DNA from: Clostridia bacterium
GTDB lineage: Bacteria > Bacillota > Clostridia > Oscillospirales > CAG-272
DNA length: 60,143 bases
Reading direction: 5' to 3'
NCBI GenBank assembly: GCA_017938885.1
Contig: JAGBAS010000022.1
Span: forward strand, 1-60,143
Positions 28,790 through 38,479 of this stretch are shown here, in pieces (positions within the stretch are counted from its first letter, which is position 1; the number at the start of each line of letters is the position of its first letter). The notes beneath the pieces were generated by a model. It was given only the letters and a program-made list of their open reading frames with translations. It made no database searches and was not told where the DNA came from. The translations under genes were made by a program, and so were the position numbers.

Positions 28790-29935
28790 ATGCAATACAG
28801 AAAGCTTGGAAATACGGGACTGAACGTAAGCGAGATCGCCCTGGGCGGCGAGTGGCTGGAGCGGAAAAGTGAGGCAGAGGTCTTCGCCGTGGTGGATGCC
28901 GCGCGCCGGTGCGGTATCAATACGTTGGATTGTTTCATGTCCGAGCCGAACGTGCGTGCCAACCTGGGAAACGCCATCAAGGGAGAGCGTGAAAAATGGA
29001 TTCTCCAAGGACATCTGGGCTCTGCCTGGAGGAATGGCCGCTACCTCCGCGTTCGCGACGTTCCCTCGGTAGAGGAAGCCTTTGAGGATCTTCTGACCCG
29101 CTTCCATACCGACTACGTGGATCTGGGCATGATCCATTTCGTGGATCGCCTGGACGACTGGCAGACGGTTCTGGACAGCGGCTTTATAGATTACATGATC
29201 GAGCAGAAAAAGCTCGGCCGCGTCAAGCATATCGGTCTTTCCACCCACAGCGCGGAGATCGCCCGCCTGGCGGTGGAGCATGGTGTCGTGGAGGCTCTTC
29301 TCTACAGCGTAAACCCCGGATACGATCTTCTGACCGAACTTCCGCCCCCCGATGGCGGCATCTCGGATCCCTATGCTCCCGCTTTGCGCGGAATGGATCC
29401 CCTGCGAGACTCGGTATACCGACTGTGCGCCGAAAGAGGCGTGGGTATCAACGTCATGAAATGCTTCGGTGGCGGCAGACTGCTGGATGTCGAGCGTTCC
29501 CCCTTCGGAGTGGCCTTGACTCCGTCTCAATGCATCCACTATTGCTTGACCCGTCCTGCCGTCGCCTCCGTCATGCTGGGCTTTGAGACCCCCGAGCAGG
29601 TCTACGATGCCGTTCGCTACGAGGATGCCAACGACGATGAGAAGGATTACGCTCGCGTTCTCTTCGATGCGCCGCGCTCCACCTATTTTGGGCATTGTAC
29701 GTATTGCGGCCATTGCCAGCCCTGCCATAAGGGGGTGGACATAGCCATGGTGAATAAGCTCTACGATCTTGGTATCCAGCACAGCGAGACCCCTGCCACC
29801 GTCCGAGAGCACTACGAGGCTCTGGCGGTGCACGCTTCGGATTGCATCCATTGCGGTCTGTGCGAGACCCGATGCCCCTTCCACGTTCGGGTTGCAGAAC
29901 ATATGAAAACAGTGGCTCGGTATTTCGGTAAGTAA
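28790..29935 (+). CDS. aldo/keto reductase with C-terminal Fe-S cluster-binding extension
   Basis: The AKR N-terminus reads MQYRKLGNTGLNVSEIALG. The C-terminal Cys motifs are CTYCGHCQPC and CIHCGLCETRCP. Confidence 0.8.
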   Translation: MQYRKLGNTGLNVSEIALGGEWLERKSEAEVFAVVDAARRCGINTLDCFMSEPNVRANLGNAIKGEREKWILQGHLGSAWRNGRYLRVRDVPSVEEAFEDLLTRFHTDYVDLGMIHFVDRLDDWQTVLDSGFIDYMIEQKKLGRVKHIGLSTHSAEIARLAVEHGVVEALLYSVNPGYDLLTELPPPDGGISDPYAPALRGMDPLRDSVYRLCAERGVGINVMKCFGGGRLLDVERSPFGVALTPSQCIHYCLTRPAVASVMLGFETPEQVYDAVRYEDANDDEKDYARVLFDAPRSTYFGHCTYCGHCQPCHKGVDIAMVNKLYDLGIQHSETPATVREHYEALAVHASDCIHCGLCETRCPFHVRVAEHMKTVARYFGK

Positions 29936-29951
29936 CGAAAAAAGGATTCCT

Positions 29952-30551
29952 ATGCAAAATCAGAATCAAAAACATGTCGCCCTTTCCAAAAGCAGGGAAG
30001 CACTTCGCAGGCTGGTTCTCTCAGCCATGTTTTTAGCCATCGGACTGATTCTCCCCTTCTTTACGGGGCAGATCCAGCAGATCGGCAATATGCTCCTTCC
30101 CATGCATATTCCCGTCCTCCTCTGCGGCCTCATTTGCGGATGGCAGTACGGCGCGGTCGTAGGAGCCGTTCTCCCTGTGATCCGCTCCCTGATCTTCGGT
30201 ATGCCGCCCCTCTTTCCGACGGCTGTGTCCATGGCGGTGGAGCTCTGCGTGTACGGCCTGGCCGTCGGTTTTCTGTACGGGCTGTTCCACAAGCAGAATC
30301 TCTTTTCCGTCTACATAGCCTTGATCCCGTCCATGCTGCTGGGCCGGATCGCCTGGGGCGGAGCGCAGTACGTTCTCCTCTCCATGGATGGAAATACCTT
30401 TACCCTGCAAGCCTTTTGGGCAGGGGCGTTTCTCAACGCCGTCCCCGGTATCATCCTGCAACTTCTGCTCATTCCGGCCATTATGTCCACCCTCCACCTG
30501 ACGGGACTCAATCGCTTTCAGAGAAGACCGGAAAAGGAGGCAAAATCATGA
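29952..30551 (+). CDS. ECF-transporter S-component-like membrane protein (substrate unknown)
   Basis: 199 aa with about 6 TM segments. The pattern resembles the ECF_trnsprt family, and I cannot assign a substrate. Confidence 0.6.
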   Translation: MQNQNQKHVALSKSREALRRLVLSAMFLAIGLILPFFTGQIQQIGNMLLPMHIPVLLCGLICGWQYGAVVGAVLPVIRSLIFGMPPLFPTAVSMAVELCVYGLAVGFLYGLFHKQNLFSVYIALIPSMLLGRIAWGGAQYVLLSMDGNTFTLQAFWAGAFLNAVPGIILQLLLIPAIMSTLHLTGLNRFQRRPEKEAKS

Positions 30552-31108
30552 CCACTGCCGCAGTCTGTGCCCTTGAGAATATCCGGGCAGAGCTGAAGCA
30601 AAAGGATCGCGTTCTGGTCGCCATTGACGGCCCCTGCGCCTCGGGAAAGACAACCCTGGCAAAAGAATTGTCCGAATTATTGCAATGCCCTGTCGTCCAC
30701 GCAGATCACTTCTTTTTGCGCCCCGAGCAAAGAACGGCTGCCCGATTGGCTGAGCCGGGAGGGAACATGGATCGTGAACGGCTGTCGGAGGTGCTCCTGC
30801 CCCTGCGTGAAGGGAAAGAGGCAAGGTACCGTCCTTTCCTGTGCAGTCACCAATATCTCGGCGAGCCTATCCTCATTCTGCCTGCACCCGTCATCCTGGT
30901 GGAGGGCTCCTACTCCTGCCATCCCGATCTGGAGGGACTCTATGATCTCCGCATATTTTTGTGCATAGAATCCCGAGAGCAAATGAAAAGGCTTGCACAG
31001 CGCGAGGCTCCCGAAAGCCTCGAACGCTTCCGTGAACGATGGATCCCATTGGAAAATCGGTATTTTTCCGAGTACGGCATCAAGAATAGAGCACATTTAA
31101 TACTCTGA
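30548..31108 (+). CDS. uridine-kinase-like P-loop nucleoside/nucleotide kinase family protein
   Basis: Walker A IDGPCASGKTT followed by HADHFFLRPEQRT. The ATG at 30548 overlaps the previous stop (ATGA). The longer ORF from 30134 overlaps the S-component gene out of frame. Confidence 0.65.
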   Translation: MTTAAVCALENIRAELKQKDRVLVAIDGPCASGKTTLAKELSELLQCPVVHADHFFLRPEQRTAARLAEPGGNMDRERLSEVLLPLREGKEARYRPFLCSHQYLGEPILILPAPVILVEGSYSCHPDLEGLYDLRIFLCIESREQMKRLAQREAPESLERFRERWIPLENRYFSEYGIKNRAHLIL

Positions 31109-31175
31109 TCGGAAAAATTTAATAGTCAAAATATACAAAAAATGAAAAAATGCGCAAAAAAGACGATACCAACCC

Positions 31176-31204
31176 TTGACAAAATCAAGCGGGGGTGGTA
31201 CAAT
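31176..31204 (+). promoter_or_regulatory. sigma-A-type promoter of the SPFH/Zn-ribbon operon
   Basis: TTGACA (31176-31181), 17-nt spacer, TGgTACAAT (31196-31204). The surrounding DNA is AT-rich. Confidence 0.6.
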
Positions 31205-31307
31205 ATGGCTAACCATACAATAAATATCCTTAGCAAATATCCGTTTTCTATTTCATTTTCCCCGAAGATCGCTTTTGACAAGGGGATATTTCAGAAAGGA
31301 AATCAGT

Positions 31308-32021
31308 ATGCTTTTCAAAAAGAAAAAGATCGGCCCCGTGGTTCCTGCCTTGAATGCGGACCAGTTCTGTTGCGTCGTGGAGGAAAGAGCTGAGAATGTC
31401 AGCCCGAAGTATTCCATCATCGCCAACGCCGATCACTATACCTTGCTGTACCGTAACGGACGATTTGAGGGTATGCCTGCACCCTATGGCGGAAGCATCT
31501 ACCCCTTCTCGGTTGATCCTACCAGAAAGGGCGGTAAGGCGGAAATCAAGGAATACCAGAGTATCAAGGTCGTCGTCATCGCCAAGGATTTCGAGCTTAA
31601 GGTACATTGGGGAACGGTTACGCCCTTCGTGGTCCACGACAATACCACCCATCGCCCCTATCACGTCGGCGCACACGGCGTTTTCTTCGTGAATATCAAT
31701 GCCGCCGATGCCGCTCGCTCGGCTGACCGTTTTTACAGCAAGTGCCTCTCTCAGCGAAACGCAGAACTCTTTGATTCGGAAGCCCTGCGCGATTTCCTGC
31801 GCGACGCTTTCATCATGGAGATCGGCGCGGCTATTGAACGCTACGTCACAGACCAGAACAGACCCATTACTGATTTCAAGGGCTTGACCCCTACGGAGAT
31901 CCTCTCTGTCAGTAAAGAGCTTTACCCCATCATGAAGGATATTTTCAAGCAGTATGGATTGACCGTAGCCCCCTCCAGTGAGCGCTCCATCCTGGAAGGC
32001 TTGAAGGTAGACGATATTTGA
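31308..32021 (+). CDS. SPFH (band-7) superfamily protein, YdjI-like
   Basis: 237 aa from the ATG at 31308 (RBS GAAAGGA). The pattern resembles YdjI/COG4260 proteins (...LLYRNGRF..., ...LKVHWGT..PF.V.D......VGAHGVFFVNI.D....). The call is from memory only. Confidence 0.6.
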   Translation: MLFKKKKIGPVVPALNADQFCCVVEERAENVSPKYSIIANADHYTLLYRNGRFEGMPAPYGGSIYPFSVDPTRKGGKAEIKEYQSIKVVVIAKDFELKVHWGTVTPFVVHDNTTHRPYHVGAHGVFFVNINAADAARSADRFYSKCLSQRNAELFDSEALRDFLRDAFIMEIGAAIERYVTDQNRPITDFKGLTPTEILSVSKELYPIMKDIFKQYGLTVAPSSERSILEGLKVDDI

Positions 32022-32149
32022 GCGGAGACATCTCAATTTCACCTGCTTCGTCTGCCTCCTTTGCGATCCAATGCCCAAAAGAGCTAATGGAAATAAATCT
32101 TCTTTCGTTGGCGCAAAGGGGTTTTAAAATTTAACATAAGGAGATTCAT

Positions 32150-32473
32150 ATGAGCTTCTTTAAGAGAAAAAACGAGAGAAACGTCACCCGTGACAATCAG
32201 TTTCTGAAGAATTACGCGACCCGCAGTACAGCTCTCTTGATGTACGTTGAGGAAAACGAAAATATCACCAAAGAGATCAATCGCATGATCGAGGACTTCC
32301 AGTACACGGTTCCTTCCATGGATACAAAGGCCAAGGAGCTGGAGAAAAAGATCAAAAAAGAATTCGACCGCCTCGCCAATATGCTGGAGCAGACCGACTG
32401 CGATGAGGCTGAGGTCGTAAACTCCATCCGTCTCATTCGCCGTACCATCACCGATATTTCCTCCCTCCACTGA
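32150..32473 (+). CDS. hypothetical small helical protein
   Basis: 107-aa ORF with an AAGGAG RBS. It is Lys/Glu-rich and predicted helical, with no recognised family. Confidence 0.5.
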   Translation: MSFFKRKNERNVTRDNQFLKNYATRSTALLMYVEENENITKEINRMIEDFQYTVPSMDTKAKELEKKIKKEFDRLANMLEQTDCDEAEVVNSIRLIRRTITDISSLH

Positions 32474-32498
32474 TTCGTGAAGAGAAGGGCGGAGAGAC

Positions 32499-33053
32499 AT
32501 GGACGAAACGACAGTAAAATGTACCCAGTGCGGCTCTCTTATGTTTCAAGCGGGCGCGGAAGGGAAGCGTGTCCGTTACCACTGCAAATGCTGTGGTAAG
32601 GATACATTCGTTGATCTTCCTGCCCACGGAAACGACACCTACCGGCAACTCAGAACCGAGCTTCTGACGCGTGTTGCCAACGGCCTTTTCGATTGGAAGA
32701 CCACGAATTGGACCGGTCTCCGTAAGGACATACAGAGCTTCATCGGCAGATATTCCGAAGCAAGAGAGGATATTTACCTGAAAATATCCATTGTTGCCTG
32801 CATAACCGACGGCTTTCACGATATGAACAAAGAGGAGTATCGGGAAGCCAAGGCTATTTTCCGCGTCACCGAAAAGGTATACAAGAACGCTATGAAGCGT
32901 CAGAAGCAGGATCCCTCGGTCCCCCTCGACGAGAATTATACAAACTACGAGGAGTATCGCCTTCTGTATAAACAATGCCAGAACGAGTACAGGAACCGTA
33001 AGATCTACTGGAAGATCCTGTTCTTCCTTTTCAAAAATCTCATACGGGTCTGA
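32499..33053 (+). CDS. hypothetical protein with N-terminal Cys4 zinc ribbon and hydrophobic C-terminal tail
   Basis: CTQCGS...CKCCGK at the N-terminus. The C-terminus reads IYWKILFFLFKNLI. The start lies 25 nt after the previous gene. Confidence 0.55.
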   Translation: MDETTVKCTQCGSLMFQAGAEGKRVRYHCKCCGKDTFVDLPAHGNDTYRQLRTELLTRVANGLFDWKTTNWTGLRKDIQSFIGRYSEAREDIYLKISIVACITDGFHDMNKEEYREAKAIFRVTEKVYKNAMKRQKQDPSVPLDENYTNYEEYRLLYKQCQNEYRNRKIYWKILFFLFKNLIRV

Positions 33054-33075
33054 TCCGCAATGAAATGAACGTATC

Positions 33076-33107
33076 AGCTGCATCCCTAAAACAGATGCAG
33101 CTTTTTT
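33076..33107 (+). terminator. intrinsic terminator ending the SPFH operon
   Basis: Stem AGCTGCATC (33076-33084) pairs with GATGCAGCT (33094-33102), followed by a T-run to 33107. Confidence 0.65.
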
Positions 33108-33268
33108 GCGTGAAAGTCCTTTCTGTAAGCTGCACAAGGAAAATGGATGGTTGTATTTCACAGAAACATCTTCACTCGATGAACATAAAAAATACACATA
33201 AAATTACACCGGAATTCATGCTATATTTACAAAAAGCGTCGAATTGTAAAAAAACGCGTAACTATCTA

Positions 33269-33297
33269 TTGACTTTTTTGCCGTTTGGATTTATAAT
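33269..33297 (+). promoter_or_regulatory. sigma-A-type promoter of the SNF2/giant-protein transcription unit
   Basis: TTGACT (33269-33274), 17-nt spacer, TATAAT (33292-33297), in an AT-rich intergenic region. Confidence 0.6.
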
Positions 33298-33331
33298 ATA
33301 AACTATATATTTGTATAATGTTGGTGAGAAC

Positions 33332-34507
33332 ATGATCAAAACCTTTTATCGAAAACAGTCTCAGGAGAGGACGTTTTTTCGGGCTGAAATGAAGATCCGC
33401 TCCATGGCCTACGGGAAAGGGATTCACGATGAGCTGTCGAAATGGCTGGAGCAGACAACGACCGCCTGGAATGATCCGAAAGAACCCTTTCTCCTGTCGG
33501 AAGAAGGACATTTCAGCGGAAATCCCGTGTGCCGTTGCCGTACCGAGTTCATGAAACCTGGGCAGTCTGAAAACGCCGTCCTGCTCAAGAGACGCAGTAA
33601 AGCCAGACAACGCCTGTGGTTTAACCGTTACCTGTACGAAATCGGGAAGGAAGGGGAGCTCATCCTGAACCAGACGAATACGGGCGTATTCCTTGGCTCC
33701 GAGCTTAAGGCCTGGGGGGCAACCGTGCTTTGGGAAGAAAAGAAACCGGCTTTTTACCTTTTGGTGATCGGAAAGCCCGTCGGCGAGTCGGATTCACGCC
33801 TCTCTGTCTATGCACTGCAAGAAAACGGCATCCCGAAAAGAGACCCCGTGGCCGGAGTCCCCATGAGCAATACCCTGGAGGCCAAAAGCCATCTCTGTTG
33901 CTTTGGCAGGCACGTCTTTACCGTCCATGATAACCATCTGGATTATTTCTATTTCTGTCCCGAGCAATCCGGTCTTGAAAATGTAGCCATAGAATCCGAT
34001 ACCCCCAACCATGAAAAGGAATGCTGTCAGAACGTGACCTCTGCCGTCGTTGCAGACCGGAACGGAAGGGTCTACTGGCAGTCCGGAAACCGCGTGTATT
34101 CCTTCCCGGTGGGATTCCCCCGCAGAATTGCTTACGTGGACGGCGGCCAGCAGTATACCCATTTGCGCATCCATACGTATCAGGATTCACTTTTTCTCTA
34201 CCGCGTAAACCGACTGAATCGCGACTATGAATGCATGGAATGCACCTTTACGGAGAGCGCACGGGGAGAAGAGGGTATTGAATGCCGCCTTTTCAACCGA
34301 GGAAGCGTGAGAAACGTGTTCTACTACGAGCAAAATCAAGAGACCTTTTACATCAAGCTACAGCCCAACGCCTATAAGGCAAGCCTGATTTGCCGAAGAG
34401 ACGGTGCCGAGCAGCTCCGCTCCTCCTTCGTAACCGAGGGGATTGAGGAGATCTTCTGCGATGACGGCTTTCTGTACGTTGGTACCTGCTTCGCTCGCGG
34501 AAGTTGA
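33332..34507 (+). CDS. hypothetical protein (orphan, likely beta-rich, Cys-containing)
   Basis: 391 aa from the ATG at 33332 (RBS GGTGAG). It has no TM segment or signal peptide, and I recognise no family. Confidence 0.55.
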   Translation: MIKTFYRKQSQERTFFRAEMKIRSMAYGKGIHDELSKWLEQTTTAWNDPKEPFLLSEEGHFSGNPVCRCRTEFMKPGQSENAVLLKRRSKARQRLWFNRYLYEIGKEGELILNQTNTGVFLGSELKAWGATVLWEEKKPAFYLLVIGKPVGESDSRLSVYALQENGIPKRDPVAGVPMSNTLEAKSHLCCFGRHVFTVHDNHLDYFYFCPEQSGLENVAIESDTPNHEKECCQNVTSAVVADRNGRVYWQSGNRVYSFPVGFPRRIAYVDGGQQYTHLRIHTYQDSLFLYRVNRLNRDYECMECTFTESARGEEGIECRLFNRGSVRNVFYYEQNQETFYIKLQPNAYKASLICRRDGAEQLRSSFVTEGIEEIFCDDGFLYVGTCFARGS

Positions 34508-34567
34508 AGCAAACGAAACAGATCGTTTAAAAATGAAAGATAAGTTCATGAACATGAGGAGTTCCGT

Positions 34568-37500
34568 ATGATTGATAAGAATGACGTCAAAATGCCGGTC
34601 CAGAAAAAGGACGAGCACATCAACCAAAGCAAGGATCAGATCGATCGCATTGAGGAGCTGCTCCGCCTGGTCAACGAGGCGGATAACCGCCAGGAGCTTC
34701 GACTGAAGCAGGATTATTACGCCAAGTTCCATTGGTTCGGTAAGCGCCTGGACAGCGAGGATCGTAAGAGTTATTTCTCTTACCAGGAGGAAGCAGTCTA
34801 CGATTTCGTGTTCAACCTGAACAAGAGCGGTATTCTGTCCGACCAGGTTGGTATGGGTAAGACCATTGAGGCAGGTATGATTATCAGTGAGCTGGCCAGC
34901 CGAAATGAGTTGCGTTCCCTGCTCATCATCGTTCCCAACGAGATCATGGCAAGAAAATGGGAATATGAGCTGAGCAGTAAGTTCGGTATCCAGAAACTGG
35001 TGACCGAGAACAGTCGAAAAGAAAAGATTGTCTATCCCGAGGCGCGTTCGGTAAAGAATTTCGACGAATTTGCCCGTCTGGTCTTTGACTGTATGATGAG
35101 CGAGAAATTCCGCTCCTACTATGAAAGCATTACCGAGGATTACACGGATTCCGACCGCATCCGTCCCGCCTACAGCTATATCCACCAGTATAAGAACAAC
35201 CCCGCCCATCCAGAAACCATGGCCGAGGTTCTTTCCCGTTTCCTGGCACAGGATATTGAGGAAACCGTGAAAATGATCAACGAGGGACTCATGGATCAGT
35301 ACGACGACGGCAGCGTTCAGGTCGTATTCGACGGCAAGAGCTTCTCGATCACCGGGACTGACTTCTCGGTTCCCTATACCTATGATGCAGATGGCGATAT
35401 CGCCCGCTTTATTCGCGGCCGCGTCATCCGTGATCTGGAAAGGGAGATCAATGTTTCCCGTTTCTTCAATATCTATCGCAATTTCTTGATGCATGAGCTC
35501 TGCGGTCTTCTCTCTCTGATCGGATACTACTTCATGACCATTCCCGAGGAAATGGAGTCCATCAGTAAGCGTATCACAAAGGAATACCCCATCCTCATCA
35601 TTCCCATCGCCTATTCGGATTATTCGGGTGACGAAGTCAAGCTGTCCCCCTTCCTCAACCGCGTGCTTCAGAATGAAGTTCGTAGCTATAAGCATGAATA
35701 TAATATCCAGACGGCAAACGGCATGACCGAGAGCGTCTACGAGCCCTACCGCGTCATCGACTTCTTCATCGATGTGGGCTACCAGACTCTCATCGTAGAC
35801 GAGGTGCACGATTACATCGATGCCGACAAGAAGATGAGCCGCAAGGAGTTCCACGCCAATAATGGCTACAGCGAGTATCCTTCTGAGACCTATAACCGCT
35901 ACGAGCTCTTCGATGACTACTATTTCGTTCCGAAGAACAGCCTCTACAAGAAACTTAAGGCGTTGGCCGATCAGGCAAACCGTAAGATCTTCCTGACCGC
36001 AACCCCCATTAAGTCGGATATGGTGGACTTTTACCTTCTGACCCTCTTGGCCAGTAATAAGGACTCCGAGGATTACCGCCGAATATCCGAGGTTCTTCAG
36101 GGCGGCTCGGGAATGCTGGCAGGCGATATGGTTGAGCAGACCATACACCGTATCTACGACTCCTTCAAGTCATGCGTGGAAACCGAAACAGGTCCCTACT
36201 TCTGTAGTTACTGCAACGAGTTCCTTCGCTTGGAGGAGCGTGACAGTGCCACCCGCGGCGATAAGCACGTCGAGCGGTACGTCTACCCCTACTTCAACAA
36301 CGATTATCTGAAGGCGAACGTAAACCATCCCGATAAGATCACCGAATACCTCAACAGCCATATCAGTTATATGTCGGTTGAGGAGATCGTCATGGAGCTG
36401 ATCCTCGCCTACATGGCTGAAACCCAGGAGAACGTGGATATTGTCTCGGCAATGAATCGCTTGATCCACCTTCTCGGCAGCGGCGCGGATTTCCTCCAGA
36501 CCCGTGTCATCTTCCGAGCCCTGCTCAACAACACCGTCAAGCTCCGCTTTGAGGAAGACTTCACCAAGGAGGACGGTCAGCCCATCAAGCGCATTCGTGA
36601 GTTGCTGGCCATCAACGAAGGCCCCCGTAAATGGCATAAGACCTACCGCAAGTACGGTATCCGCCATACCCGTCACCAGACCTATAACCTTGCCCAGTGC
36701 GACAAGCTGGAATGCCTCAATCAGAATAAGATCGATCGATTCCGTAATCTGCCTCTGTGGCCCCGTCGGAACGGCCGCGTCATCTATCTTTACCGTGACG
36801 ACGTATTCTTTGACAGCTTCCTGGACGTGCGTCGTCCCAGGCCGACCTTCGGAAATACCGATATCGTCATGAGTGATCTTCCTAATATTGATAAAATTGC
36901 CGGCGAAGATCATGAAAAGCAGGAGCGCTTCGATCATGCCGTTGATATTTTCCAGTACATCAACGATGCCATGAGCGGCGGCGACCCCATCAATCACGAG
37001 CCTCTCAGCCGTTTCTACGATGCCGTAGAGCTGGATGACGCCGGTATGGTCGATTTCAAGCTGACGATGATCAGCCGACTGATGGGAAGTCAGGGCTCCG
37101 ATCTTGGCTCCATCAAGGGAAAGGTCTTGCTCTTTGCCGAGCATGACCGCGAGAAGATCCTCGAATGGTTCCGTTATCAGAAGTGTGCTCCCCTGTTCGA
37201 CCCCAAGCAGGGCGATACGTTGGATCCCAAGAAGGAAGCGGAGTACGCTGAAAAATGGAGCAACTACCGAGCCCCGAGTGACATCAACCGAGATTGGGCC
37301 GTCACCGAGAGTGCCGAGGATATGGATCGCTTCAGCGGCAACCTCCTGGTCGTTATTGACCCCAAGCGTTATGAAAAGGGCGTTGACCTTCAGAAGGCCA
37401 ATACCATGATCAACTTCGATATCAATTACTGCCCTCTGAAGATGGAGCAGCGCATCGGCCGTATCGACCGTATCCGTCCTTCGGATCAGAACCAGCAGAT

Positions 37501-38479
37501 CGATATCATCTCCTTCGTACCCCTGAACAATATGAGCGGATACGTCATCAATTTCTTCGCCAATGAGCTCAAGATGTTCACCCAGTGGATGGGTGAGACC
37601 ACGGGTATCGTTTCGGTTCCCGATGAGGACACCCAGAATCGCAAGGGCGGCGAATCCGTTGCCTTTGAGGAAAAGGTGGAGGCTCTGGATAAATTCTACA
37701 CCGGCATTTACGATCTCTGCCGTATCGACGTTGATGAGAAAACCCGTAAGGCTCTGGCAAAGCAATTCGTGGAGACCTTCCGTACCAACGATTTCAGAAC
37801 CGATTCGGATTTCCGCTTCCTCCAGCAGTTCAAGAACAGCTTTGACAAGGCCTTCCGCAATTCGCTGTCCACCAAGCGTCAGGGCTACCGCGCAGGGAAG
37901 AGCAACGAGCGCGTTATGCGCTTCAATTGCACCAACGGTATCTTCGCAGATTGCGCCTCCGATAAGTGTGAGGGCTGCTCCAATCGGGAAAACTGCAACG
38001 ACAAACAGGGCATTATGCGCAATAAAGCCAAAGATTTCGTTGCGGCCGTGCAGAGCTTCTATAAGGACGGCGCAGAGTTCTATAAGAAGGAACTGACAGA
38101 TTTCAAGAACACCTATAAGAAGACGACCATTAACGATCCCGAGCTCCGTAAGGAGGTCGAAATGCAAGAGGAATGGCTGACGAGACGGCAGAGAAGCTTC
38201 GCCTCCGCCCAGGAGCAGTCCAAGAAGCTCATGGACAAGATGAAGCTTGAGCGTAAGGAGCCCGGCTCCTTCACCGTCCCCCTGGAATCCTTCGACGAGC
38301 TGTTTACCCCTATGAAGAAGCTCTACTGGGACGATACCGTCATGACCTACCTCCAGCACGTTCTCAAACGCTTCCACGATCAGTGCGACAGCGTGCTCAA
38401 GAGCGCGGCACTGTTTGAGAAATTCGTCAAGACCCTGGCCGTGGCAGATTTTATGAATAACATGGAAGGAAACGTATAA
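34568..38479 (+). CDS. SNF2-family (SF2) ATPase/helicase-like protein with two large insertions, a Cys4 knuckle and a charged helical tail
   Basis: Motif I DQVGMGKT (GMGKT at 34850-34864). Motif Ia LIIVPNE. Motif II DEVH (35798-35809). Motif III IFLTATP (~35987). Motif IV-like KVLLFAEH (~37121). Motifs V/VI NFDINYCP...QRIGRIDR (37448-37471). RBS GAGGAG. Confidence 0.85.
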   Translation: MIDKNDVKMPVQKKDEHINQSKDQIDRIEELLRLVNEADNRQELRLKQDYYAKFHWFGKRLDSEDRKSYFSYQEEAVYDFVFNLNKSGILSDQVGMGKTIEAGMIISELASRNELRSLLIIVPNEIMARKWEYELSSKFGIQKLVTENSRKEKIVYPEARSVKNFDEFARLVFDCMMSEKFRSYYESITEDYTDSDRIRPAYSYIHQYKNNPAHPETMAEVLSRFLAQDIEETVKMINEGLMDQYDDGSVQVVFDGKSFSITGTDFSVPYTYDADGDIARFIRGRVIRDLEREINVSRFFNIYRNFLMHELCGLLSLIGYYFMTIPEEMESISKRITKEYPILIIPIAYSDYSGDEVKLSPFLNRVLQNEVRSYKHEYNIQTANGMTESVYEPYRVIDFFIDVGYQTLIVDEVHDYIDADKKMSRKEFHANNGYSEYPSETYNRYELFDDYYFVPKNSLYKKLKALADQANRKIFLTATPIKSDMVDFYLLTLLASNKDSEDYRRISEVLQGGSGMLAGDMVEQTIHRIYDSFKSCVETETGPYFCSYCNEFLRLEERDSATRGDKHVERYVYPYFNNDYLKANVNHPDKITEYLNSHISYMSVEEIVMELILAYMAETQENVDIVSAMNRLIHLLGSGADFLQTRVIFRALLNNTVKLRFEEDFTKEDGQPIKRIRELLAINEGPRKWHKTYRKYGIRHTRHQTYNLAQCDKLECLNQNKIDRFRNLPLWPRRNGRVIYLYRDDVFFDSFLDVRRPRPTFGNTDIVMSDLPNIDKIAGEDHEKQERFDHAVDIFQYINDAMSGGDPINHEPLSRFYDAVELDDAGMVDFKLTMISRLMGSQGSDLGSIKGKVLLFAEHDREKILEWFRYQKCAPLFDPKQGDTLDPKKEAEYAEKWSNYRAPSDINRDWAVTESAEDMDRFSGNLLVVIDPKRYEKGVDLQKANTMINFDINYCPLKMEQRIGRIDRIRPSDQNQQIDIISFVPLNNMSGYVINFFANELKMFTQWMGETTGIVSVPDEDTQNRKGGESVAFEEKVEALDKFYTGIYDLCRIDVDEKTRKALAKQFVETFRTNDFRTDSDFRFLQQFKNSFDKAFRNSLSTKRQGYRAGKSNERVMRFNCTNGIFADCASDKCEGCSNRENCNDKQGIMRNKAKDFVAAVQSFYKDGAEFYKKELTDFKNTYKKTTINDPELRKEVEMQEEWLTRRQRSFASAQEQSKKLMDKMKLERKEPGSFTVPLESFDELFTPMKKLYWDDTVMTYLQHVLKRFHDQCDSVLKSAALFEKFVKTLAVADFMNNMEGNV

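Noticed and set aside
33065-33301. The 78-aa ORF in the gap between the two island operons, and the 83-aa ORF at 31142-31393.
   Set aside because: These ORFs span a terminator and/or a promoter, are AT-rich with no RBS, and are most likely non-coding regulatory DNA.
34358-38377. Minus-strand ORFs 34358-36148 and 36170-38377, antisense to the SNF2 gene.
   Set aside because: This is the same codon-aligned antisense artefact. The sense strand carries complete, ordered SF2 helicase motifs and an RBS, and the antisense products have no recognisable features.
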